Under the pieces are notes generated by a model that had not been told where the DNA came from, searched no databases, and saw only the letters and a program-made list of their open reading frames with translations. 64,000 nucleotides of DNA from Fidelibacterota bacterium (GTDB lineage Bacteria > Fidelibacterota > Marinisomatia > Marinisomatales > TCS55): assembly GCA_014382015.1 (NCBI GenBank), contig JACNKN010000055.1, positions 3,268 through 67,267 on the forward strand, in the 5' to 3' direction. Made by a program: the position numbers and the translations under genes. Position 1 is the first letter of the stretch, and every line of letters begins with the position of its first letter. Of the stretch, positions 30,131 to 38,443 are shown piece after piece.

Positions 30131-31635
30131 ATATTGCCCAAAAGATAGCTAAAGAATCCACGATCACTTTTTCGGGTCTTTTGTATGGGAATGTAAACCG
30201 ATACCTCTATACAGCCTTATTGGCACGTTGGGTGGGAGTTGAATACTTAGGAATCTATTCTCTGGCTAACTCTATTATTCTGATTTGTGAAGTTCTTGCT
30301 AAGATGGGATTGGAATCGGGTATAATGCGTTTCGTGAGTCGATTGGATCCTCAACAGGATAGAGCAAAAATTCGGAGTATGATTAGCTCAGCTTTGAAAA
30401 TGACGGGTATTTTTTCAGTACTGGTGTTGGCTGTCATTATTTTAGGATCGGGGTGGTTGGTAAAAAGTGTTTTGGATGGGCCGCCTTTGTTGCATATTGT
30501 CCTGATTGTATTTGCTTTTACTATGCCTTTCAACACATTTACTCTTGTATCTGCTTTTGCCACCCAAGGATTTAAACTGATGAAGTACAAGGTATTTGCC
30601 ACTCAGATTGTGAATCCTACGGTCCTGTTTGGGATGATGGTGATGAGTTTCTGGTACATATCTAAAGAAGCAGCCCTTATACTACCCATGGCCATAACAG
30701 GTGTCATTGGTTGCATCTTAATATTTAAATTTTTGCAAACTCTTTCGGGGGTAACAATTAAAAGTGTTTTATCCGCCCCGTTTAGTAAACCATTGCTTAT
30801 CTTCTCTATTCCCCTCATGTTTGTAACCATTCTGCAAACGTTTATGCATTGGATGGATATTCTCATGCTGGGGTTTTTTACGGATACTTCGACAGTAGGA
30901 CTATATCATCCAGCTGCCCGCACAGCAGGTTTATTGCAAGTACTGTTATTTTCTTTTATTAGTATTTATGCCCCAATATTATCCCAACTGCATAGTAAGG
31001 GGGCAGTGAATGAAATGTCAAGGTTGTGTAAACTTGTGAGTCGTTGGATCCTGACCTTGGCTATTCCTATTTCACTCATTTTTGTTCTATATCCTGTCAA
31101 GGTGATGTTGCTCTTTGGCCCGGATTATATGGTAAGCGCTCCTGTGCTGGTCATACTTACGGGCGCTGCATTCATCCAGGCTGTTTTAGGTGCTCCGGGT
31201 GCCGTGCTGACTATGGCGGGTTATACGCGCCTTGCGTTATGGAATTCATTGGGGGCCTTTATTTTAAATATCATAATGAATGTGATCCTGATACCGCGCT
31301 ACGGGATTTACGGTGCTGCTTGGGCAACTATGATTTCTCTTACAGCAATTGGATTTACTCGTGTAATTGAAGTTCGTTGGATTCTGAAAATATCATTTTT
31401 AAGCAAAAAATTATTAAAACCAATTCTTGCAGGAATAGTGACATTGGGAGCATTGATGGGTGTGCAGCCTTTTATAATGGGATATCATACCTTGTTGACC
31501 CTTTCGGTTGTATGTTTCATTTCTATCATTACGTTTGGTGCCATGCTGTGGATCCTGAAATTTGAGCCGGAAGACAAGGACTTTTTAGCCGGGCTGGGAG
31601 TATTGAAAAACGCATTTAAAAAAGGAATGAAATGA
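30127..31635 (+). CDS. MOP-superfamily polysaccharide flippase (Wzx-like)
   Basis: About 14 TM segments. N-terminus typical of the polysaccharide-biosynthesis-protein family (FSGLLYGNVNRYLYTALLARWVGVEYLGIYSLA). ATGA overlap with the upstream gene. Confidence 0.75.
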   Translation: MNIAQKIAKESTITFSGLLYGNVNRYLYTALLARWVGVEYLGIYSLANSIILICEVLAKMGLESGIMRFVSRLDPQQDRAKIRSMISSALKMTGIFSVLVLAVIILGSGWLVKSVLDGPPLLHIVLIVFAFTMPFNTFTLVSAFATQGFKLMKYKVFATQIVNPTVLFGMMVMSFWYISKEAALILPMAITGVIGCILIFKFLQTLSGVTIKSVLSAPFSKPLLIFSIPLMFVTILQTFMHWMDILMLGFFTDTSTVGLYHPAARTAGLLQVLLFSFISIYAPILSQLHSKGAVNEMSRLCKLVSRWILTLAIPISLIFVLYPVKVMLLFGPDYMVSAPVLVILTGAAFIQAVLGAPGAVLTMAGYTRLALWNSLGAFILNIIMNVILIPRYGIYGAAWATMISLTAIGFTRVIEVRWILKISFLSKKLLKPILAGIVTLGALMGVQPFIMGYHTLLTLSVVCFISIITFGAMLWILKFEPEDKDFLAGLGVLKNAFKKGMK

Positions 31636-33983
31636 AATCATTATTGAAAAATCCTGTTGTTGTTACCGGATTTCTATTACTGGTCCTAATTTCTGTTTTA
31701 TTCAATCCCATTATTTTTGGTGGAAAAACATTTGGCTCTTCCGATAGTTTAGCTCCGAAAGCTATTGGATTAGCACTTAATAATGTCCTTGAAAAAACCG
31801 GAGAATATCCCTTATGGCAGCCATGGGTATTCAGCGGTATGCCGACGGCAGAAGCATTTACTAACATATCCAATCTTTATTTCCCTGATTATTTGTCAAA
31901 ATTGTTTTTTCTGCCGGGGATGATGATTCAACTCCTTCATTTATTATTTGCCGGTATCGGTGGATTCCTATTACTTCGTCATTTCAAATGTTCAGAATGG
32001 GCAGCGGGGTTGGGTGCAACGGCCTTTATGATTACTCCTTACATGGTAACCATGGTTGTCTTTGGTCATGGTAGCCAAATGATGACGGCAGCATACATTC
32101 CGTGGGTTCTTTGGTTTACGGTTCGATTATGGGAAAAACCGAATATGTGGAATGTGGGATGGTTGGCATTATTGTTGGGGTTTCAACTTCAGCGAGCCCA
32201 TGCTCAAATCGCCTATTATACATGGATGCTGATTGGTGCATATAGTTTACTTCAATTGATTAATCAAATTCGCAATAAGGATAAACGTGCACATTTGGGG
32301 AAAGGATTTGGACTCTTTTTAATTGCTTGCTTACTTGGCGTTGGTTTATCACTTTTGATTTATTTACCGGCAATGGAGTACACACCATTTTCTGTTCGAG
32401 GTGGTTCAGCAGGTGGCGGTGCAGACTATAATTATGCAACTGGATGGTCATTCCATCCGAAAGAAATGTTGACATTTTTTATTCCTTCTGCATTTGGATT
32501 CGGCGGCCAACCTTATTGGGGATTCATGCCATTCACAGATTATCCAAATTATATGGGTATTATTATACTATTGTTAGCAATAATAGGTCTTTTTCGAAAA
32601 TGGGGAATGATTCATCAATTTTTAGTGATCACGTCGGTATTTGCTTTATTTATATCATTCGGGAAACATTTCAGTTTGGTTTACGACCTATTTTTTAACA
32701 TATTTCCATACTTTAATAAGTTTCGTGTTCCCCATATGATACTCATTTTACTTCAATTTAATGTGGCTGTTTTAGCCGCTTTTGGATTGGATGAATTGTT
32801 AAAATTAAAAGAAGGAAAAATCCCGAAATGGTTTTGGGGAATTGCCGGTTTAATTGGGTTGTTTCTTATCGCCATGGTTTTGGGTGGGACTGTTATAGGA
32901 TCTGCCGTAAGGGGCAGTTTTTCTCCACCTCGGATACAGGATCCACGTGCAGCCCAAGCTTTAAACAATCTTCGGTGGAATTTGTGGTTAAATGATGCCT
33001 GGTTAATGATTCTATTTTCAGGCTCACTCATGGTGCTTATTTGGCTTTGGATCAATCGTAAAGTGTCTCAAGCGATGCTGATGGCGGTCACTGTTTCCTT
33101 GGCGATCGTTGATATTGGGATTGTCAATTTTAAGATTATTCAGCCCAAGCGCTCAAGTGGGCGTGGATCACAACTTATGTCTAAACGCGTTGTAGATCGC
33201 TTTTTTAAATCTGACGAAGTGATAGATTTTTTAAAAGAAGATGAAAGCATTTTTCGGATTTATCCCATTGGAAGTTTGTTTGGTGACAGTCGTTTTGCTG
33301 CCTTCGGATTAGAATCGGTTGGCGGTTATCATCCCGCAAAGTTAAGGGATTATAATACATTTCTGTCAAAAACAGGGAATGCTGGTGCGATTCCTGTCCT
33401 GCAGATGTTAAATGTAAAATATCTTATTAGTCAGCAAAAGATTACCCATCCATCCCTTAAACTCGTTAAAGAGGGTAAACTTAGATCTTCAAGAGGAGAT
33501 TCGCCTGTGGCTGTATTTTCAGTTGAAAATTCATTTCCACGTGCCTGGTTTGTAGATGAGGTAAAAAAGGAGGTGGATGATATATGGGCAAAGATTATGC
33601 AACCGGAATTTGATCCGAGCAAAACGGCATATACCCCTGAAATTATCGATATTTCCTTTGACTCAAAGGCGACTATTACTCAATTTAATCGAACCGCTCA
33701 TAAAATTTCGATTTCCACAGAATCTGAAGGAAATCAATTTCTGGTCTTAAGTGAAGTGTATTATCCTCTTCGGTGGAAATCCATGATTGATGGTCAAGAA
33801 GTTCTAACGGTTAAAGTAAATGGAATTCTGCGTGGTGTTGAAGTGCCGGCAGGGAATCATACTATTGAATTTATTTATGATAAATCATCATTTAACAAAG
33901 GCTTGACGATTTCTTTTGCATCCTTTGGCCTCTCCCTTGGTTTGATTGGGTTTGGATATTTTAGACGAAAGAAAGATGAATAG
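31632..33983 (+). CDS. YfhO-family membrane protein (GT-C-type glycosyltransferase)
   Basis: 783 aa with a polytopic N-terminal two-thirds. Extracytoplasmic C-terminal domain with the YfhO-typical VYYPLRWKSMIDGQEV...GILRGVEVPAGNHTIEFIY. Terminal TM helix. Confidence 0.7.
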   Translation: MKSLLKNPVVVTGFLLLVLISVLFNPIIFGGKTFGSSDSLAPKAIGLALNNVLEKTGEYPLWQPWVFSGMPTAEAFTNISNLYFPDYLSKLFFLPGMMIQLLHLLFAGIGGFLLLRHFKCSEWAAGLGATAFMITPYMVTMVVFGHGSQMMTAAYIPWVLWFTVRLWEKPNMWNVGWLALLLGFQLQRAHAQIAYYTWMLIGAYSLLQLINQIRNKDKRAHLGKGFGLFLIACLLGVGLSLLIYLPAMEYTPFSVRGGSAGGGADYNYATGWSFHPKEMLTFFIPSAFGFGGQPYWGFMPFTDYPNYMGIIILLLAIIGLFRKWGMIHQFLVITSVFALFISFGKHFSLVYDLFFNIFPYFNKFRVPHMILILLQFNVAVLAAFGLDELLKLKEGKIPKWFWGIAGLIGLFLIAMVLGGTVIGSAVRGSFSPPRIQDPRAAQALNNLRWNLWLNDAWLMILFSGSLMVLIWLWINRKVSQAMLMAVTVSLAIVDIGIVNFKIIQPKRSSGRGSQLMSKRVVDRFFKSDEVIDFLKEDESIFRIYPIGSLFGDSRFAAFGLESVGGYHPAKLRDYNTFLSKTGNAGAIPVLQMLNVKYLISQQKITHPSLKLVKEGKLRSSRGDSPVAVFSVENSFPRAWFVDEVKKEVDDIWAKIMQPEFDPSKTAYTPEIIDISFDSKATITQFNRTAHKISISTESEGNQFLVLSEVYYPLRWKSMIDGQEVLTVKVNGILRGVEVPAGNHTIEFIYDKSSFNKGLTISFASFGLSLGLIGFGYFRRKKDE

Positions 33984-35151
33984 TTACCGGAACAACAGTA
34001 ATATAAAAGTCGGGCTATTTTTTGTTGGATTGATTTTAATTATTGGGTTACTCGGATATTCAAATTCAATTGTAAATCGTTTGAAGGATGACAATCGGGA
34101 TATTGTAAAACTTTATTCGGAAATTATAGCCAAAACAGTTAATGAGGATTCGGATGCAAATTTGAATTTTGTATTTGATGAGATTATTAAAAAGGTCCAA
34201 TTTCCTATTATTTACTCTGATGATAAAAATGTACCTTTATATTCGAGGAATATAGCGCGTATTGAATCCCCGGACCAACTCCGGAAACCAATGGGATCTA
34301 TGGATAGGCAGAATGAGCCCATTCCTATCTCATATCATGACCAAATATCAGGGCAGTCTATTCCCTTAGGGTTTCTGCATTATGGCGATTCCGATCTCAT
34401 TCGGAAGCTGCAATGGCTGCCTTATCTGGAAATTGGTGTGGTATCCCTGTTTATTTTCATTGGATTCATGGGATTTAACTCCATTCGAAATAGCGAGAAA
34501 CGTAACATTTGGGTCGGAATGGCCAGAGAAACGGCTCATCAATTGGGTACACCTGTTTCCGCATTGATGGGGTGGGTGGATCGATTAAAGCACCATCCTG
34601 AAGAATCATCTCATGTTGTCCAAGAAATGGAATCTGATTTAAAACGATTAAGTCAAATTGGGAGTCGATTTAGTAAAATGGGTAGTCAAACCATTCTAAA
34701 AAGTATATCGCTAAAAGATTTGGTCAATCGGCAAACTGGATATTTAAAAAAACGAATGCCATCTTTGGGAAAAGAAATAGAGCTAACTGTCTCCTCGTCG
34801 GAAGATATTTATATTGAAGGAAATGAAGTTCTCCTTGGCTGGGCTATAGAAAATGTCATTCGAAATGGTATTGACTCCATTAAAGGCGAGCAGGGAACAG
34901 TAGAAATCTTAATGTTTTCCAATGATAGAAATGGAATTATTCATTTAAAAGACAATGGATCAGGAATACTGAAAAAGGATTGGAAAAATATTTTTCGTCC
35001 TGGATTTAGTACGAAAGAAAGAGGGTGGGGACTTGGTCTCTCATTGGTCAATCGTATTATAGATGAAATCCATCATGGAGAAATCAGAGTCATTCAAAGT
35101 GAAATCGGTAAAGGGACCACAATTGAGATTTGTCTGAAAAAGTCTGATTAA
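33976..35151 (+). CDS. two-TM sensor histidine kinase
   Basis: ATG at 33976 overlaps the yfhO-like stop (ORF track: 33946). Two TM helices flank a periplasmic loop of about 130 aa. H-box ETAHQLGTPVSAL. N-box ENVIRNGIDS. G-boxes LKDNGSGI and GWGLGLSL. No adjacent response regulator. Confidence 0.8.
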   Translation: MNSYRNNSNIKVGLFFVGLILIIGLLGYSNSIVNRLKDDNRDIVKLYSEIIAKTVNEDSDANLNFVFDEIIKKVQFPIIYSDDKNVPLYSRNIARIESPDQLRKPMGSMDRQNEPIPISYHDQISGQSIPLGFLHYGDSDLIRKLQWLPYLEIGVVSLFIFIGFMGFNSIRNSEKRNIWVGMARETAHQLGTPVSALMGWVDRLKHHPEESSHVVQEMESDLKRLSQIGSRFSKMGSQTILKSISLKDLVNRQTGYLKKRMPSLGKEIELTVSSSEDIYIEGNEVLLGWAIENVIRNGIDSIKGEQGTVEILMFSNDRNGIIHLKDNGSGILKKDWKNIFRPGFSTKERGWGLGLSLVNRIIDEIHHGEIRVIQSEIGKGTTIEICLKKSD

Positions 35152-35195
35152 CCCATCATCCCATTTTTAGCACTCTTTTTATAAAATCCTTAAAC

Positions 35196-35300
35196 AAACT
35201 CCCGCAGGACGTGTCGTCCTGCAGCAAGTATTCATGATTTCAATCCAAAGATATATAAATAAACTCAGGCAGGACGTATCGTCCTGCCTAAGGCATGAAA
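35196..35300. repeat. hairpin-bearing tandem repeat family R1, copies A and B (period 65 bp)
   Basis: Unit head aaactc(c/a)(c/g)gcaggacg(tg/ta)tcgtcctgc. Palindromes at 35204-35222 (8-bp stem, 3-nt loop) and 35267-35289 (10-bp stem). Confidence 0.9.
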
Positions 35301-35427
35301 TAAATATTATTCGTTATAAGGATTCAAGAGGTGATTATTAAAATTGGTTTACTTTAAGCTTTAGAAATGATTCACTTTATTCATCATTTTACACCTTCTT
35401 TTGCGGATAAAAGGCCGATTAATCCAC

Positions 35428-35691
35428 TTAGTAAGCTTTACTTCGATGGGCAACTCTCAATATCAATACCACCAGTTCGCCATCTTGGATTTGATAAATT
35501 ATTCGATATTTCCCGGATCGAATCCTGAACACATTTTTCGTCGTAGTGATTATTTTTCTCGCCCCTTTTTGGTAAGGATATATTTTAAGAGATTCAATTT
35601 TAACTCCCAGTTGAGATTTTATTTCATTGGGAAGTTTGTCAAAGGCTTTTTTGGCGGATGGTTTAAAAAAAATGGAATATCTAACCGACAA
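35428..35691 (-). CDS. type II toxin, RelE/ParE family
   Basis: 87 aa. F..SAKKAFDKLP, FRIRSGKYRIIYQIQDGELVVLILRVAHRSKAY is the canonical RelE/ParE C-terminal pattern. Overlaps the upstream antitoxin ORF by 11 nt. Confidence 0.8.
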   Translation of the reverse strand: MSVRYSIFFKPSAKKAFDKLPNEIKSQLGVKIESLKIYPYQKGARKIITTTKNVFRIRSGKYRIIYQIQDGELVVLILRVAHRSKAY

Positions 35692-35902
35692 TATCCCATT
35701 CCTTTTTTATGTCCTCCCATGAAATTTCATCTGTTTCTTTCAGGGCTTTTTCAATTTCGAAACCGTCAACAATATCGTCAAGATACTCATCCAAGAGGTC
35801 TTCAACGATCCGGCTCATGGGCCGATTCAGGAGCCCGGCGGCAACCCGGAGGGCACGGAGCTTTTTCTCTGGTAAACGCAACGTGGTGGTGGATGCAGTC
35901 AT
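35681..35902 (-). CDS. ribbon-helix-helix antitoxin (RelB/ParD-like)
   Basis: Internal ATG at 35902 preceded by ggagat (ORF track extends to 35998). TTLRLPEKKLRALRVAA (beta strand + helix) and RPMSRIVEDLLDEYL. C-terminal ...ISWEDIKKEW is typical of RelE-partner antitoxins. Confidence 0.6.
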   Translation of the reverse strand: MTASTTTLRLPEKKLRALRVAAGLLNRPMSRIVEDLLDEYLDDIVDGFEIEKALKETDEISWEDIKKEWDIVG

Positions 35903-36017
35903 GATATCTCCATAATTAATTGATATTATACTATCGAAATATAACGATATTACAATATCCCACTCAAGAGAAGATTGTGGAGATAAGTCGCCATTCAATT
36001 ATTGGAAAAACTTGCAT

Positions 36018-36127
36018 AAACACTCTCAACACAATTTTGCGGAATCGCTTCACCTTTACAAAGTGGGAAGGCGGGGTAAGAGTCAATCATTTTTCTTTTC
36101 ATACCGCAGTGTAAAGGTAACATCGTC
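36018..36127. repeat. repeat family R2, copy 1 (degenerate inverted repeat)
   Basis: The core ggaatcgcttcacctttacaaagtgggaa...caatcatttttctttt...gtaaaggtaa (36041-36120) aligns by eye at roughly 85 percent with 36414-36497. Weaker similarity extends about 20 nt upstream. Confidence 0.8.
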
Positions 36128-36129
36128 AT

Positions 36130-36290
36130 AAACTCAGGAAGGACGTGTCGTCCTGCAACAAGTGTGCATCATTTTAAATCCAAAGATACAAATATAAACT
36201 CAGGCAGAACGTGTCGTCCTGCAACAAGTGTTCATCATTTCAATCCAAAGATACATAAATAAACTCCCGCAGGACGTGTCGTCCTGCAGC
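36130..36290. repeat. hairpin-bearing tandem repeat family R1, copies C, D and E (period 66/65 bp)
   Basis: Palindromes at 36138-36156, 36204-36222 and 36269-36287. The inter-hairpin part (aacaagtgttcatcatttcaatccaaagatacataaat) is conserved between units. The first 30 nt of copy E are identical to copy A. Confidence 0.9.
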
Positions 36291-36390
36291 ACGGGGAAGA
36301 AATGTCTGATTTGCCCACTGGGTATTTATCCCCACCGGATGTTTTGTTCAGATCGTGGATGATCACCCAACATTTTTAGGGGATTTCAAA

Positions 36391-36500
36391 TAAATATTCT
36401 CAAATCCATATTGGGAATCGCTTCACCTTTACAAGGTGGGAATGACGGGGTTATGGGGCAATCATTTTTCTTTTTGTACCACCTTGTAAAGGTGACAGTC
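36391..36500. repeat. repeat family R2, copy 2 (17-bp perfect inverted repeat)
   Basis: tcacctttacaaggtgg (36423-36439) and ccaccttgtaaaggtga (36479-36495) are perfect reverse complements separated by 39 nt. Confidence 0.9.
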
Positions 36501-36581
36501 CCCTAAAGATAAATATATATTGATATTTAACAACGGGTATTACTATATTGCCAATAACGTAATACAATAAAGGATTTCATT

Positions 36582-36821
36582 ATGAAGACATTAACGTTAA
36601 AAGTATCAGATAATATTTTAAAAAAATTAAAAACAGTTGCTGAGGAAAAAGGCTTCACCCGTTCAGAAATCGTGCGGAATTCTCTATTAGAATATTTATC
36701 ACATGACGATTTTAATCAAGTGGGGTCATTTTTAGATTTAGCTGGAGATTTAGCCGGATGTGTTGAAGGTCCATCTGATTTATCCACAAATAAACGCTAT
36801 TTAGAAGAATATGGACAATAA
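36582..36821 (+). CDS. ribbon-helix-helix (CopG-like) antitoxin, VapB-type
   Basis: MKTLTLKVSDNILKKLKTVAEEKGFTRSEIVRNSLLEYL is an RHH pattern. Overlaps the downstream PIN gene by 11 nt. Confidence 0.65.
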   Translation: MKTLTLKVSDNILKKLKTVAEEKGFTRSEIVRNSLLEYLSHDDFNQVGSFLDLAGDLAGCVEGPSDLSTNKRYLEEYGQ

Positions 36822-37230
36822 AAAAGTTATCATAGATTCCGGCCCCATCGTGGCTTTTTTGAATAAATCTGATTACCACCACCATTGGGCGAAGAATCAA
36901 TTTTCCCAATTAAAACCGCCATTTTATACCTGTGAATCTGTTATTTCTGAATCCATATTTTTAATGCAGAATGTGCAAAATGGAACCGATAGCATTTTAG
37001 AACTATTTGGAAGAGAATTGATAAAAATTAGATTTCGATTAGAAAATGAGATGAGTTCGGTTACAACTTTAATAAAAAAATATAGTGATATACCCATGTC
37101 TCTTGCTGATGGCTGTTTGGTCAGAATGTCTGAGCAAATGTCAAATAGCATTATTTGTACTTTGGACAGCGATTTTCGAACTTATCGTAAAGAAAAGAGA
37201 AGTGTTATTCCCCTTATTATACCCAAATGA
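36811..37230 (+). CDS. PIN-domain toxin, VapC-type
   Basis: 139 aa. Acidic PIN residues in VIIDSGPIVAF, CESVISES, LADGCLV and TLDSDF. Confidence 0.7.
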   Translation: MDNKKVIIDSGPIVAFLNKSDYHHHWAKNQFSQLKPPFYTCESVISESIFLMQNVQNGTDSILELFGRELIKIRFRLENEMSSVTTLIKKYSDIPMSLADGCLVRMSEQMSNSIICTLDSDFRTYRKEKRSVIPLIIPK

Positions 37231-37506
37231 TGTTGAAGGGAATCATATATTACTCTGGTGCAAATTAAACTTAACTGGGGGAGGGTTCCCGCCTGCCTCT
37301 ATTGAGAAATATTTTATGTGATGGGCAAGGAGTTAAGAATGATTCCCACACCGCCCTTAAGTCATATCTGCAGTCTGCACTGTCGTTTAGACAGGCAGGC
37401 ATTTTTAACTCAAGTCCGGCTAAAATATTATTTATTTTTTAAAGTCTTCTTTTAATAAATTCGTATTTCCTCGGTAATTTCACGGCTCAAGAAATAGGAG
37501 AAACAA

Positions 37507-37857
37507 TTGAATTTCATACAATTATTTGCTGGCGGCCAAGGTGGCCAAGGTGGTGGCTTTTTAACTTTTTTACCTATGGTCATCATTTTGGCTATTATTT
37601 ACTTATTGATGATTCGCCCACAGGCGAAACGTCAGAAAGAAAAACAAAAAATGTTGGAAGACCTGAAAAAGGGAAGTCACATTGTGACGATTGGTGGTAT
37701 CCATGGCACGATTGCCGGATTTAAAGGTAAGGAAAAAAAATCAGTTATTCTGAAAGTAGATAAAAATACAAACATGACTATCAACAGGTCTGCGATTGCC
37801 GGACAGGTTGGTTCCGTAGATGATTCTGAGACAGAAACGATTGAGGCTCAGAATTAA
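37507..37857 (+). CDS. yajC: preprotein translocase subunit YajC
   Basis: TM helix plus LLMIRPQAKRQKEKQKMLEDLKKGSHIVTIGGIHGTI, the YajC signature. TTG start as in the ORF track; start uncertain. Confidence 0.8.
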   Translation: MNFIQLFAGGQGGQGGGFLTFLPMVIILAIIYLLMIRPQAKRQKEKQKMLEDLKKGSHIVTIGGIHGTIAGFKGKEKKSVILKVDKNTNMTINRSAIAGQVGSVDDSETETIEAQN

Positions 37858-38399
37858 TGGCTGTAAGGGAAGTCGTTCATTATGGAGATCCCATTCTTCG
37901 AAAAGTCTGCAAGCCGGTAAAAGATTTTAAAAACCTTCCACCTTTAATTGATGATATGTTCCATACCATGTATGAAGAAAGTGGGATCGGCTTGGCGGCG
38001 AATCAAATTGGTGTTGATTTAAATTTGTTCATTATTGATATTTCTGATATAGAGGATGAAGTAGAAAGTGTTCATATTTTCATCAATGGTGAGATTTTGA
38101 ACAGTAGCGGGGAATCCTGGTTTGAAGAAGGGTGTCTGTCCATTCCTGAAGTTCGATTAGAAGTGAAACGGCCCGAGTTTATTCAATTTAAGTACCAAGA
38201 TGAATCCGGAAATGAACATATTGAAGAAATGAGTGGTCTGTTAGCTAGGGCAATTCAACATGAAATTGATCATTTGAAAGGTGTGTTTATTACTGATCGC
38301 GTAACCAAAACAGTAAAAATGACTGTTGAGAAAGATTTAAAAATGATAGCAGAAGGGGCTGCTACCCGTGCGAAAACCCGAAAGGCTTTTATTCTTTAA
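37857..38399 (+). CDS. def: peptide deformylase
   Basis: GIGLAANQIG, EGCLSIP and HEIDHLKG motifs. Confidence 0.95.
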   Translation: MAVREVVHYGDPILRKVCKPVKDFKNLPPLIDDMFHTMYEESGIGLAANQIGVDLNLFIIDISDIEDEVESVHIFINGEILNSSGESWFEEGCLSIPEVRLEVKRPEFIQFKYQDESGNEHIEEMSGLLARAIQHEIDHLKGVFITDRVTKTVKMTVEKDLKMIAEGAATRAKTRKAFIL

Positions 38400-38443
38400 T
38401 AGAAGGCTTTACTCTTCCTGATTTATTCTAAAGGAGCCGAATA

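Noticed and set aside
1070-33622. Many 60-180-aa ORFs lie antisense to, or out of frame within, larger genes. Examples: 1070..1330, 3684..4217, 10111..10452, 12845..13207, 28716..29150, 31044..31370, 32753..33055.
   Set aside because: Each lies entirely inside a longer ORF that carries clear family motifs. None has motifs of its own, and their composition is typical of shadow frames.
35401-35904. The 167-aa + strand ORF following R1 copies A/B could be a ToxN-like type III toxin, with the tandem repeats as its RNA antitoxin.
   Set aside because: The ORF is exactly antisense to a RelE/ParE gene and its RHH antitoxin, which both carry clear family motifs. Its own sequence is low-complexity (R/Q/F-rich) with no ToxN/AbiQ-like pattern. 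It is most likely a shadow ORF.
35196-36290. The regularly spaced palindromic repeats could be a CRISPR array.
   Set aside because: The sequence between the palindromes is itself conserved from unit to unit, so there are no unique spacers. The period is 65-66 bp with only 2+3 units, and no cas genes are in the window. It is a tandem repeat, not a CRISPR array.
35152-37506. The R1/R2 elements could be integron attC sites, making this an integrase-less cassette array.
   Set aside because: I could not find RYYYAAC / GTTRRRY core sites at the repeat ends. The R2 stem is perfectly paired, without the extrahelical bases typical of attC. The two TA cassettes point in opposite directions, and there is no intI. 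I keep it only as a loose analogy, to be tested with an attC covariance model.
37231-37506. The 276-nt gap upstream of yajC contains agtccgg and gcctgcct / aggcaggc inverted motifs, which could indicate RNase P RNA or another ncRNA.
   Set aside because: The gap is too short for bacterial RNase P RNA and lacks the rest of the P4 signature. The pairings are short and interrupted. It may simply hold the vapBC terminator and the yajC promoter.
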